This document shows, in pieces, positions 37,521-47,150 of a stretch of DNA of 64,000 nt. Both the position numbers and the translations under genes were made by a program. This DNA comes from Flexithrix dorotheae DSM 6795 (GTDB lineage Bacteria; Bacteroidota; Bacteroidia; Cytophagales; Flammeovirgaceae). Location of the stretch: NCBI RefSeq assembly GCF_000379765.1, contig NZ_KB903448.1:14027-78026 (forward strand), read 5' to 3'. The notes beneath the pieces are model-generated. The model worked only from the letters and a program-made list of their open reading frames with translations, was not told the DNA's origin and ran no database searches. Position 1 is the first letter of the stretch, and each line of letters begins with the position of its first letter.

Positions 37521-37603
37521 CCTCCCCCTATCCCCCTCCAGAGGGAGAAACTGATTTTTTTTCCTCTGGAGGGATGTGGCATTCCGTGGATACAGGGGAG
37601 GCT
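37521..37603. repeat. GC-rich ~85-bp element with terminal inverted repeats, copy 2 (cctcccc...ggggagg)
   Basis: Starts cctccccctatccccct and ends caggggagg. Internal ccagaggg / cctctgg inverted repeat. Confidence 0.6.
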
Positions 37604-37712
37604 TTAGCTTTCACTTATAAAAAGAATGGAAGATAAAATCCTGATTGAAAGGTTTCAGCTTTGGATTATTTTTGTCCAATTAATATGAAAGTACTGGTAC
37701 TAAATCCAAAAA

Positions 37713-38957
37713 ATGCAGGAAAAATCGCAAAAGCTTGTTGACCATCTTTTCAGGCATGAGTCTGGGAAGATGGTTGCTGTTTTAACCAGAGTATTTGGTT
37801 TGGAAAACCTGGAACTGGCTCAGGATGTAGTCCAGGAAACCATGATCAAAGCCCTAAATGACTGGCGTTTTGAAATTCCCCAAAACCCTAATGGCTGGTT
37901 GTACCGAGTGGCGAAAAATAAAGCCATTGATATTCTGAGAAGGAATCGAAAAATTTCCTCTTCTTCTCCCCAACTTCAGGTTTTATTGCAATCTGAATGG
38001 AGCCTTTCTCCCACTATTGAAAATCTTTTTCTGGAAGAAGAAATTCAGGATAGCCAACTACGAATGATATTCTCCTGCTGCCATCCTTCTCTGAAACTTG
38101 AGGCTCAAATTGCCCTCACACTCAAAACCCTTTGCGGATTTAGCCACAAGGAGATTGCCAGTGCTTTTTTAACCAATGAAGAAACCATTTCCAAAAGAAT
38201 TCAAAGAGCCAAAAAGAAAATTATTCAGGAGAATATTCCTTTAGAAGTACCTTTGGGAAAGGCACTTCACAAAAGACTCAAAGCGGTTTTAAAATCCATT
38301 TACCTGCTGTTTAATGAAGGTTATTACAGTGCCAATTCCAACACTGTTATCAAAAAAGACATTTGCCTTGAAGCCATGAGGCTAACCATTTTACTTATCT
38401 CCCATCCCAACACCAATACGCCTTCCACTCATGCTTTGCTTTCATTAATGTGCTTTCATGCGGCAAGATTTGAGGCCAGAACAAATGAAGCCGGAGAAGT
38501 GATTCTTTTGCCTTTTCAAAACCGGAAATTATGGAACAAGGAATTGATTGAAAAAGGCTTTTACCATTTCCAATTCTCTCAAAAAGGAATTGTTACGGAA
38601 TACCACCTGGAAGCTGCTATAGCCAGTATTCACTGCACTGCTGAACATTATGAGGAAACCAATTGGAAAACTATTCTAAGCCTTTACGATCAGCTTTTAA
38701 CCTTAAAACCCTCTCCGATAATCAAATTAAACCGAGCCATTGCATTGGGCAAAGTAATTGGTCCGGTAAAAGCTATTCAGGAATTATTAAAACTTGCTGA
38801 ATTAAAAGAAAATACTATTTATCATACAACATTGGGTGATTTTTACAAGGAATGTGGAGAGGATTGCAAAGCACAGGAATGCTATCAGTTGGCTTATGAT
38901 TGTGCTCAAACTGAGCCGGAAAAAAAGTTTCTTTTGGGAAAGATTGGAAAGGATTAA
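37713..38957 (+). CDS. Sigma-70/ECF-like RNA polymerase sigma factor with C-terminal TPR-like extension (COG4941-type)
   Basis: Sigma region 2 (QETMIKALNDW...NGWLYRVAKNKAIDILRR) and region 4 (LKTLCGFSHKEIASAF), plus a ~200-aa helical C-terminus. Adjacent to the DGPF protein, which is the usual arrangement. Confidence 0.7.
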   Translation: MQEKSQKLVDHLFRHESGKMVAVLTRVFGLENLELAQDVVQETMIKALNDWRFEIPQNPNGWLYRVAKNKAIDILRRNRKISSSSPQLQVLLQSEWSLSPTIENLFLEEEIQDSQLRMIFSCCHPSLKLEAQIALTLKTLCGFSHKEIASAFLTNEETISKRIQRAKKKIIQENIPLEVPLGKALHKRLKAVLKSIYLLFNEGYYSANSNTVIKKDICLEAMRLTILLISHPNTNTPSTHALLSLMCFHAARFEARTNEAGEVILLPFQNRKLWNKELIEKGFYHFQFSQKGIVTEYHLEAAIASIHCTAEHYEETNWKTILSLYDQLLTLKPSPIIKLNRAIALGKVIGPVKAIQELLKLAELKENTIYHTTLGDFYKECGEDCKAQECYQLAYDCAQTEPEKKFLLGKIGKD

Positions 38958-39017
38958 GAGAATTAAATCTCTATACTTAATGGTTCAAGGGTCTCCCTTG
39001 GATCTTACCTTTTGAAC

Positions 39018-39065
39018 AGCGTCTCGCTGTTTTCCTGAACTTTTGACGATTCAGCGAGACGCTGA
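39018..39065. repeat. 13-bp perfect inverted repeat (cagcgtctcgctg / cagcgagacgctg) with 22-nt spacer
   Basis: Read directly from the sequence. Lies between the convergent sigma-factor and orphan genes. Confidence 0.7.
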
Positions 39066-39105
39066 AAATCATTTTTAAGCACAAGCGGACGCTTGCGCTA
39101 TTTGA

Positions 39106-39663
39106 TTAATACCATATTCCACATAGGACATAATCTTTTTCCTCTTTAATTTGTTTCACTTTAAAATATGGTTTTCCATTTGGATATGGGTCATTATATG
39201 AACTCTCAATATTCATAAACTCTAAAAACAATCCATTTTCATGCTGTAAAATAATCATCTCGACTAAATTACTTCGTCTTACCTTTTGGATATTATACTT
39301 TATCCCTTTTTTGTCAAGTAAAAACCGTAATTCTCCAAATAAGTATAAAACTTCCTTTATTATGGAATTATCTCCATGAGCAATCACAGATAACTTACTA
39401 TTACTATATAGTAAATTACTAAATAATTTATTAGGATTTTCAAAAGGCTCATCATTTATATTATTTATTTCTAGTAAATCACCACTATAATTTTCAAATA
39501 TCAATGAATAATTGCCATACCTTATTTCAGTTGTTATATCCTTTCTTATTTCCTCATCTGGAACTCCTATTGTGTCAATAATCTCATTTTTACTAACCCA
39601 ACTTTTTATTGGAGGAATAGCTTTAGAAAATAATAGGTCTTCGATTAAATTAAATATTATCAT
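39106..39663 (-). CDS. Hypothetical protein (AT-rich orphan)
   Basis: 185 aa with no recognisable motif. Very AT-rich codon usage. Flanked by a strong palindrome at 39018-39065. Confidence 0.4.
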   Translation of the reverse strand: MIIFNLIEDLLFSKAIPPIKSWVSKNEIIDTIGVPDEEIRKDITTEIRYGNYSLIFENYSGDLLEINNINDEPFENPNKLFSNLLYSNSKLSVIAHGDNSIIKEVLYLFGELRFLLDKKGIKYNIQKVRRSNLVEMIILQHENGLFLEFMNIESSYNDPYPNGKPYFKVKQIKEEKDYVLCGIWY

Positions 39664-39735
39664 GTAAGTTAATTTTCGAGATCAGGCAAACACCCAAATA
39701 AATACAAGTTTTGTTAATTTAAAAAATTAAATAGA

Positions 39736-40209
39736 TTATCTCAATCTATCGGCACTTCTTACCAGTTTTTCATCTTTTCTGATGAACCTATTAGCAATAG
39801 AATTACAGAATAAGGCTATTGGTACACAGAAAAAGCCATAGCCCCATTGTCCTTGTTTACTGACTTCAAACATTTTCTCTCCTTCGAATAGGAAATAAAT
39901 GGTAAGCCCAATCGTAATCGCCATCACCAGTGAATTGATCATGTTCAATTTCATTTGTTTCATGCGGTTGTGGTAGCTGAATAATGAGCCAACCGAAATA
40001 ATGGAGGAAACAAATGCCATAATAGCGATATAGAAGGTGTAGACATGCTGTTTTACTTCATCTCCTTCTGTATATGATAATTCAATGGCCGTTAATAATG
40101 CTCTCTGTTCGGTTTCCGGATTATATTTCTGCCATAGAGGCAAAAACAACATGGCAAACATGGCAATGGCCGAAATGGCTAAAAATATACTTTGTATTCG
40201 CTGAATCAT
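39736..40209 (-). CDS. Polytopic small membrane protein (DUF4293-like)
   Basis: 157 aa with 4 TM helices and a basic C-terminus. Family assignment is from memory. Confidence 0.4.
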   Translation of the reverse strand: MIQRIQSIFLAISAIAMFAMLFLPLWQKYNPETEQRALLTAIELSYTEGDEVKQHVYTFYIAIMAFVSSIISVGSLFSYHNRMKQMKLNMINSLVMAITIGLTIYFLFEGEKMFEVSKQGQWGYGFFCVPIALFCNSIANRFIRKDEKLVRSADRLR

Positions 40210-40299
40210 TGTTACTATAAATTAAATTAGAGCGCAAAGTTAGGTAATGGAGTTTTATTAAAAAACCCAATCGAATTCTTTAGGCTGAATGGTCAATAA

Positions 40300-41352
40300 T
40301 TAAACTTTCCGTGTGGTTTCTCTCAGGACAAGAGATGTCTTAATCATTTCCGATTTAACTTCTTTTTCCTCTATAATGGGATGAAGTGCATCTTCATCTA
40401 CAGGGCTTTTCCTTAATAATTCCAATAACAGTTCTGCTGCGTGTTTGCCCATTTCGAAGGCTGGTTGTTTCACTGTGGACAGTTTTGGGGTAATATAAGA
40501 AGCAACCGGTTCATCTGCATAACCCATTATTGAAAGCTGATCTGGCATTTTAATTCCCATTTCCAGGCAAACCTCAACTGCTTCATAGGCTACATAATCG
40601 TTGTAAGCAAAAATGCCATCAATTGAATTATTATTTTTCAATATTTCTTTAATCTGATTTTTTCTTTCCTGCTCAGTATTTTGCCATTTCAAAACGTTGG
40701 CTTCTTTTATTTCAAGCCCGTTTTTCTTATGTGCATTCCGATACCCCATAAATCTGGTAAAAGTTGGGTGAAGACTTTCCGGTCCTTTTAGATGCAGGAT
40801 ATTCTTGCAGCCTGAACTGATCAGGTAATTGACCGCCTGATTAGCTCCATCAAAATCATCTGTGATCACATAAGGACACTCTAAATCTTCACAGTTTCGG
40901 TCGAAAAAAACGATGGGATAACCATCATCTTTTAAGCGGTGGAAATGTGCAAAATCCTCAGACTCAATGGCCGGGGCAATTAAAAAACCATCAACCATGG
41001 AGTCGGAAAGCATTTGAGTGGCTTTTTTCTCCTTCTCATACAACTCCTTTGAGGTACAAATCATCAAATGATAACCGGCCTTATTGGCAATATCTTCTAT
41101 GCCATTCATCACCAGAGAAAAGAAATAGTGGGTAAACTCCGGGATTATAAGACCCAATGCATGTGTCTCTTTTTTCTTCAGGCTAAGTGCATGAATATTA
41201 GGCCGGTAGTCCCATTCTTTGGCCAAATCCACAATAGCTTTTCTGGTGGCTTCACCTACTTTTGGGTTGCCATTTAAAGCACGGGAAACCGTGGTAGTGG
41301 AAACTTTCAATTCCCTGGCAATATCAATTAGTCTTTTTTTACTGCTCTTCAT
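40300..41352 (-). CDS. LacI-family transcriptional regulator
   Basis: N-terminal HTH (LIDIARELKVSTTTVSRALNG) and a periplasmic-binding-protein-like effector domain. Confidence 0.85.
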   Translation of the reverse strand: MKSSKKRLIDIARELKVSTTTVSRALNGNPKVGEATRKAIVDLAKEWDYRPNIHALSLKKKETHALGLIIPEFTHYFFSLVMNGIEDIANKAGYHLMICTSKELYEKEKKATQMLSDSMVDGFLIAPAIESEDFAHFHRLKDDGYPIVFFDRNCEDLECPYVITDDFDGANQAVNYLISSGCKNILHLKGPESLHPTFTRFMGYRNAHKKNGLEIKEANVLKWQNTEQERKNQIKEILKNNNSIDGIFAYNDYVAYEAVEVCLEMGIKMPDQLSIMGYADEPVASYITPKLSTVKQPAFEMGKHAAELLLELLRKSPVDEDALHPIIEEKEVKSEMIKTSLVLRETTRKV

Positions 41353-41420
41353 TTTTCATTTTCAATTTGCCAAAAGATAAAATTCCGAATAAACCCAATG
41401 AATTTCAAATTTAGGGAAGC

Positions 41421-42665
41421 TTACCTTTTATTAATTGCAAAGTAGTTTACTACCCATGTAAAAAGAAAGAACCCTATTACAAATGCCATCAAAAATATAC
41501 CATTAATTTCATCATTTAGGGTGAGCCCCAATAGCCCTACAATTCCCAGCGCTGCAGTATAAAGAGAAACAATTACCCTACCTTTAGATTTTGGGACGGT
41601 TGAAAAGGTACCACCTATGGGAATCAGCATAAAAATAGCCCATCCTCCAAATAAGATTAGCCTGGGCAAATCAAATATAAAAGAAGACACCACTGTAAGT
41701 ATTCCGCCCACTAAAAATAATCCTACCAGATTAGAGCCAAAGATTTCATCTTTGGAAAGTGCATGTTTACCCAATGGATGCAAGCGCAAAAATAAATCTG
41801 ATACCGGTGTGGCAATCCAGGTAGAAAACACAAAAAGGATGTAAACCGCAATCAGGGGATAAATTAATGGTGCAAACTCGGGATTACTTTCGGCAAAATT
41901 CCTCAGGAAACGAAATACCACATAAAGCCCGATAATCATAAACCACTTGCCATTTTTACTCAATTTGGACATCCAGAGGAAATAATTCAGGATAATACGG
42001 TACAAATAGTTTTTCCCTTTAATCGATTCTTTTAGCCCTTCCTTAGCATACTGGTTATTGGGGTCCAGCCTTAATGCTTCTTTAAAGATCTCCATCGCCT
42101 CATTGTATTCCCCCAATTCGATCTTTGCCCATCCTTTATTGGCATGGGAATAAGAATTTTCAGGCTCTTTATTCAAAGCATAATCCATCACCTGAGCAGC
42201 TTCCTTTTTCCTGTTCAGTTTTACTAAAGCCATGGCTCTCATATTGATGCAGCCTACATGCTCTGCCTCTACTTCCAGGCCTTTTTCCGCAAAGCTTAAG
42301 GATTTTTCCCAATTGCCTTTCTGGTAAGCAATGTTTGATTTGATCAGGAAATAATTTGCATCATAAGGATCAAGGCCAATTGCCTCATCTATAGCTTCTT
42401 CCGCTTCTTTCAGTTTTCCCCAGTGAAGATAGACTTTGGATAAAATATAAAAAAATGAAGCATTTCCCGGATCTATGGAAAGTGCCTTTTTGATCATCTT
42501 CAAAGCCTGCTCATGCTCGTTACTTTCCGACTGACATTCAGCCAGAAAAGCATAGGCCATAGCATCGTTTGGGTTTTCTGCAATGGCTTTTTTTAATTCG
42601 GTTTCTGCTTCTTTAAATCTGTCTTGCTGCACCAGGATTTGTGCCCTGAATAAAAACCCACTCAT
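41421..42665 (-). CDS. TPR-repeat protein with C-terminal polytopic membrane domain
   Basis: About 230 aa of TPR repeats followed by about 5 TM helices. The start codon abuts the stop of the upstream AAA gene. Confidence 0.6.
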   Translation of the reverse strand: MSGFLFRAQILVQQDRFKEAETELKKAIAENPNDAMAYAFLAECQSESNEHEQALKMIKKALSIDPGNASFFYILSKVYLHWGKLKEAEEAIDEAIGLDPYDANYFLIKSNIAYQKGNWEKSLSFAEKGLEVEAEHVGCINMRAMALVKLNRKKEAAQVMDYALNKEPENSYSHANKGWAKIELGEYNEAMEIFKEALRLDPNNQYAKEGLKESIKGKNYLYRIILNYFLWMSKLSKNGKWFMIIGLYVVFRFLRNFAESNPEFAPLIYPLIAVYILFVFSTWIATPVSDLFLRLHPLGKHALSKDEIFGSNLVGLFLVGGILTVVSSFIFDLPRLILFGGWAIFMLIPIGGTFSTVPKSKGRVIVSLYTAALGIVGLLGLTLNDEINGIFLMAFVIGFFLFTWVVNYFAINKR

Positions 42666-44006
42666 TTATTTCTTAATTTTTAAATAATCTAAAATATCAT
42701 CATACAAACCAGATTCATTGGAAAATAAAGCATAATTTTTTGCTGTATTAAACCACTCTTTGGTTGAAGCCTTATGTTTTTTACTGGCCTGAAGCAAATC
42801 TTTTGTCCCAATGGGCACGGGAATCCCTTTCTTAAATGATTCTTCCAGTTTAGATTCAATCGCCAGGTCAATTATAGCGTTCAGATCGGCCCCTGAATAA
42901 TCCTGAGTATTTTTTACTATTTTTTTATAATCAATTTTATCTGTGGGTTTTTCTTTTAGTTTAATATCCAAAATCGATTCCCTAGCTTCCTGATCGGGTG
43001 GCGGGACAAACAGGATTCTATCAAATCTTCCTGGACGTCTGAAAGCTGGATCTAAATGCCAAGGAGCATTGGTAGCCGCTAAAATCAATACCCCATCATT
43101 GGAATATTCAATGCCATCCATTTCCGATAAAAACTGATTGATTAACTGTCGGGCAGAACTTTGCCTCATGTCAGTTCGGTTGGCACCAAGTGCATCCACT
43201 TCATCAAAAAATAATACTGAAGGCTTTAGGCGTCTGGCTTTTTCAAAAATCGCATGCAGATTTTTCTCACTTTGCCCCAAGTACAAATCTAAAATATCAC
43301 TGATGCCCACAGAAATAAAATTTGCATTTACTTCTCCGGCAGTAGCCCTTGCCAAATGTGTCTTACCACAACCCGGAGGGCCATACATTAGAATTCCACC
43401 ACCAATCTTTTTTCCGTAAGCCTTAAAAATCTCCGGATGTTTCAGCGGGGCGATTATCTTCATTCGAATCTCCTCTTTCAGGTTTTCCATCCCTCCCACC
43501 TGCTCAAAATTCACCTCAGGCTTTTCAATTTCAATGTCTTTATCTTCATCAGTCTCACCTGAACCCAGTTTTATTTTCTCTGGCCCCTGATTTTCATCCT
43601 GTTGGATGCTCATATTCATTTCAGACTCAAAATAACTATCGGCAAGGGATGGATCCAGAATTAAAGCCTTCTCATAATTGTCTTTGGCTTCTAGTAGTTG
43701 TTTATTCTCGAAAAGTAACTTGGCATAAAGCAGCCAGGTTTTAACAGGTACTTTTTCCTCTACCTGAATGGACTCCACCAACACCAAACCTGCCGAAATT
43801 TTCCCCTGGTGCAAAAAGGATTCTGCCAGTCCAATTTTTAATTGTAAATCATCAGCCGAATACTGAAGGCCAGCCTTATATTCCAGCTCAGCCTCTTCGT
43901 ATCTTTTGTGTTTCATTAATAATTCAGCCAGATATTTTCGTAGGGGAATATTCTCCGGAGAATTTTTTATCGCCTCTTTTAGATTATTTAGTTCGTCCTG
44001 TTCCAA
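42666..44006 (-). CDS. TPR-AAA+ ATPase (classical AAA clade)
   Basis: N-terminal TPRs, then an AAA domain: Walker A GPPGCGKTHLA, Walker B VLFFDEVDAL, second region of homology (PGRFDRILFVPPPD). Confidence 0.8.
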   Translation of the reverse strand: MEQDELNNLKEAIKNSPENIPLRKYLAELLMKHKRYEEAELEYKAGLQYSADDLQLKIGLAESFLHQGKISAGLVLVESIQVEEKVPVKTWLLYAKLLFENKQLLEAKDNYEKALILDPSLADSYFESEMNMSIQQDENQGPEKIKLGSGETDEDKDIEIEKPEVNFEQVGGMENLKEEIRMKIIAPLKHPEIFKAYGKKIGGGILMYGPPGCGKTHLARATAGEVNANFISVGISDILDLYLGQSEKNLHAIFEKARRLKPSVLFFDEVDALGANRTDMRQSSARQLINQFLSEMDGIEYSNDGVLILAATNAPWHLDPAFRRPGRFDRILFVPPPDQEARESILDIKLKEKPTDKIDYKKIVKNTQDYSGADLNAIIDLAIESKLEESFKKGIPVPIGTKDLLQASKKHKASTKEWFNTAKNYALFSNESGLYDDILDYLKIKK

Positions 44007-44281
44007 ATTATTTCGATTTTTTATCCATCAAATATAAACCAGCCCTGTCAATATCTGAAATTCTTTCGGTTTCCGTTTTAGTCAAACAACCTATTACAAT
44101 TCACAACATAACCCTTTTGGGATAAAAAGATAAATAATTTTTATTCTGGTACTATTTTTAAAGACAATAGTGGGGTAACTTGCCCATTATTTGTATAAAT
44201 AATTACTTAAAACTTCAACCGACTTTTTTACCAAAGATTTTTTTGAACGGTTAACACCATTTCTTCCCCTATTCACCAAGA

Positions 44282-46024
44282 ATGAAAAATATTTTTTCAA
44301 AACTTTTCGCCAGCATTACTTTATTCATTTTTCCAACCATTTGTTTTGGTCAAATCAGTCAAAATGAAATACCAACTAGTTTTCTATCCAATGTAGTTCC
44401 TGTTCAGGATGTAACCACCAAAACTATCCAAAAGCCTGATTTAGAGCTGATAGCGGCAGAAGACCTTGTGCTTGAAGCTGAGGGAAATATTCCAAATATT
44501 GGCAGATTGCTTCCCTTAAATATTTCTCCTAAAAACAGTGGAGAATGGGCTGTACTTCACAACGGAGACAGAATTTGGCGTATAAAGGTAAAATCTGAAG
44601 GAGCCAAAGGCCTTAATTTTTATTTTAATAATTTCCACATTCCGGAAGGAGGAAAATTATTCATATACAGCCAGGATAAATATGAAGTTTTAGGAGCTTT
44701 TACGGCTGAAAACAATACGGTTTCAGGACGATTTGCCACCGATTTTATTCATGGAGAAGTTGCGGTAATAGAATACTATGAGCCTGCTTTACAAAAAGGA
44801 AAAGGAATCCTTGAAATCGCAGAATTGGGTTATGCTTACAGATTTGTGGAAGCAAGGGACAATCGCAAAAGCTTTGGAGATGCAGCCAGTTGTCATGTAA
44901 ATGTAGGTTGTCCGGAAGGGGATTTATGGACAGATACCAGGAAATCAGTAGTAAGGATTTTGTTAAGGAACCGGGATAATATCGGCTGGTGTTCCGGAAG
45001 TGTCATCAACAATACCCGATACGATTTTACACCTTACTTTCTTACTGCCATGCATTGTGGCATGAATGATTTTTCAAAAAGGCTTATTCCTCAGGAAGAT
45101 TTCGATCAGTGGATATTTTTCTTTAATTACGAAATAGATGGTTGCCAGGGAGCCTTTACCGAAGGAGATTTACCCAGAAATACCATGGTAGGCGCAACTC
45201 CGGTTTCCCATAGCAATGATAAGGGAGGAGAAGAAGGCTCCGACTTTTTATTACTTGAATTGAAAGAACAAATTCCAATAGAATATGAGCCTGTTTTTGC
45301 CGGATGGGATATAAGTGAAATGCCGAGCAGAAGTGGTGTTTCTATCCACCATCCACAGGGGGATGCAAAAAAAATATCTACCTACAATACACCACTTGAA
45401 TCGGGAACTTTCGGAGATGAAGTGGATGATACCCATTGGAAAGTCATCTGGACCCAAACAGAAAATGGCAAAGGAGCTACAGAACCAGGCTCTTCAGGGT
45501 CTCCCATATTTAATCTAGGTGGGCAAATCGTAGGCACGCTTACGGGAGGGAACGCCAGTTGCGACAAAGATGGAAGGCCTGATTACTATGGCAAAATGTC
45601 CTACCATTGGGAATCGAATATTGTACCTGATGATCCCAGAGAGGAGGATGACGGACCTGACAGAGGGCTAAAAGCATGGCTGGACCCCATAAGTTCTGGT
45701 GTGCAATGGATTAGTAGTATTAATTATTCTGGCAATATTATAACAGGAGTTACCTCCACAGAAAAAGAAATTTTTGACTTTGAATTATTTCCCAATCCGG
45801 CTCAAAACCAGATTCAAATTGATTTAAAAAATATCAATCCAAACAAACCAGTTGGAGTTAAAATATTGAATTATCAGGGGCAACTTATTTTAGGCAATAC
45901 TTTTTCGGAGGGAATAAATGGGGAAATACTAATGGATATTAGTGAGCTACAGAAAGGGTTTTACATCCTTGAGCTTGAAGCTGGAAATGAAATCCCCCTC
46001 ATTAAAAAATTTATAAAAGAATAA
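44282..46024 (+). CDS. Secreted trypsin-like (S1, lysyl-endopeptidase-like) serine protease with T9SS C-terminal sorting domain
   Basis: Signal peptide. Catalytic triad context TAMHCG...D...GSSGSPIF. C-terminal ~80 aa is a Por/T9SS type-A CTD (FELFPNPAQNQIQIDL...GFYILELE). Confidence 0.7.
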   Translation: MKNIFSKLFASITLFIFPTICFGQISQNEIPTSFLSNVVPVQDVTTKTIQKPDLELIAAEDLVLEAEGNIPNIGRLLPLNISPKNSGEWAVLHNGDRIWRIKVKSEGAKGLNFYFNNFHIPEGGKLFIYSQDKYEVLGAFTAENNTVSGRFATDFIHGEVAVIEYYEPALQKGKGILEIAELGYAYRFVEARDNRKSFGDAASCHVNVGCPEGDLWTDTRKSVVRILLRNRDNIGWCSGSVINNTRYDFTPYFLTAMHCGMNDFSKRLIPQEDFDQWIFFFNYEIDGCQGAFTEGDLPRNTMVGATPVSHSNDKGGEEGSDFLLLELKEQIPIEYEPVFAGWDISEMPSRSGVSIHHPQGDAKKISTYNTPLESGTFGDEVDDTHWKVIWTQTENGKGATEPGSSGSPIFNLGGQIVGTLTGGNASCDKDGRPDYYGKMSYHWESNIVPDDPREEDDGPDRGLKAWLDPISSGVQWISSINYSGNIITGVTSTEKEIFDFELFPNPAQNQIQIDLKNINPNKPVGVKILNYQGQLILGNTFSEGINGEILMDISELQKGFYILELEAGNEIPLIKKFIKE

Positions 46025-46056
46025 AAAAAAGGGTGTAGAAAACTAATTCTACACCC
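46023..46056 (-). terminator. Intrinsic terminator for the 46085-46870 gene, possibly bidirectional
   Basis: Perfect 10-bp stem gggtgtagaa / ttctacaccc with a 6-nt loop, followed on the minus strand by a U8 tract. Confidence 0.6.
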
Positions 46057-46084
46057 AACACCAATAAATAGCAGCCATTTTGTT

Positions 46085-46870
46085 TTAATTCCCTTCCATC
46101 ATTTTCCTGGCTTGATCAGCCTTTTTTTTCGAGAACTCATAATTTTCCTTATCCATTTCGTAGGCTTTATTAAACATTTCCACTGCATTTGCAAAATCCT
46201 TTACAGCCATGAAATAATCTCCTTTAGAATCATAGGGATTGGGGTGATCTGGGTTTGTCTCTATATATTTATCGAATGAGGCCTCCGCTTTTTCAAACTG
46301 TTCTGCAAACATATAGTTATACCCCATCATATTATAGACAGCAGTCCTTTCAGGATTGATTTCAAGTAATTTTGCAAAATATTTATTCGATTGATCATGT
46401 TCTTTGGCCATGTACAATTGAAAAGCATGATAAGCCACTGCATCATAATCCTGAGGGTATGTTGCGGCTACCACTTCAAAATGAGGGGAAGCTTCTCCCG
46501 CTTTATCATTCAGGATTAGCTCAAGCCCTGCACACAAATGTTTTTCATCTTCATTTAAATTATCTTTTAAATCGATTCCTTTTCCAGCCATTTCTTCAAA
46601 TGTCTCCATATCCCCCATATTTTTTGCTCGCATGGCTCCAAAAAGATATGCCATAAAAAAATCAGGATCTAAATCGAGAGCCATTTCTAATTTTTCCTGG
46701 CTTTGAGTTCTTTTGCCATCCCATTCCGTTTGTAAAGCTTCATGATAAGCTTCCAGTGCTTCTTCAGAATTTACCGTAATGGGCATTTCAGTTTGGGCCA
46801 AAGCAAACTCAGGCCAAAGTACACAAACCATACATGCATAAAGCATAGAAAAATTCAGTATTTTTTTCAT
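46085..46870 (-). CDS. TPR-repeat secreted protein, tandem paralogue A
   Basis: Signal peptide and TPR-like helical repeats. About 60% identical to the 47151-47939 product, with an almost identical C-terminus. Confidence 0.6.
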   Translation of the reverse strand: MKKILNFSMLYACMVCVLWPEFALAQTEMPITVNSEEALEAYHEALQTEWDGKRTQSQEKLEMALDLDPDFFMAYLFGAMRAKNMGDMETFEEMAGKGIDLKDNLNEDEKHLCAGLELILNDKAGEASPHFEVVAATYPQDYDAVAYHAFQLYMAKEHDQSNKYFAKLLEINPERTAVYNMMGYNYMFAEQFEKAEASFDKYIETNPDHPNPYDSKGDYFMAVKDFANAVEMFNKAYEMDKENYEFSKKKADQARKMMEGN

Positions 46871-47150
46871 AATCTATTGATTTAATGGTTTTTAGAAAAA
46901 ACAGGTTAGTTTTCCAACAATTTCCAATGTGATAAAAAAGATGTTCCGGACAGGTTGTCTCAGCTTGGTCTTCGTTTTCCTGTCACTGTGTCTTTTAAGC
47001 CTCCCAATTTCGATTTACACAATGCCTTTACCGAAGACCTTGCTATGAAAAAGCATTTTTGGGATACATTGGGAATTGCTATTGGTTTTTCAAAAAAATA
47101 GAAAAAGGTATATTCATTTTTATATACCCTTTCCTGAAAAAATAATGATT

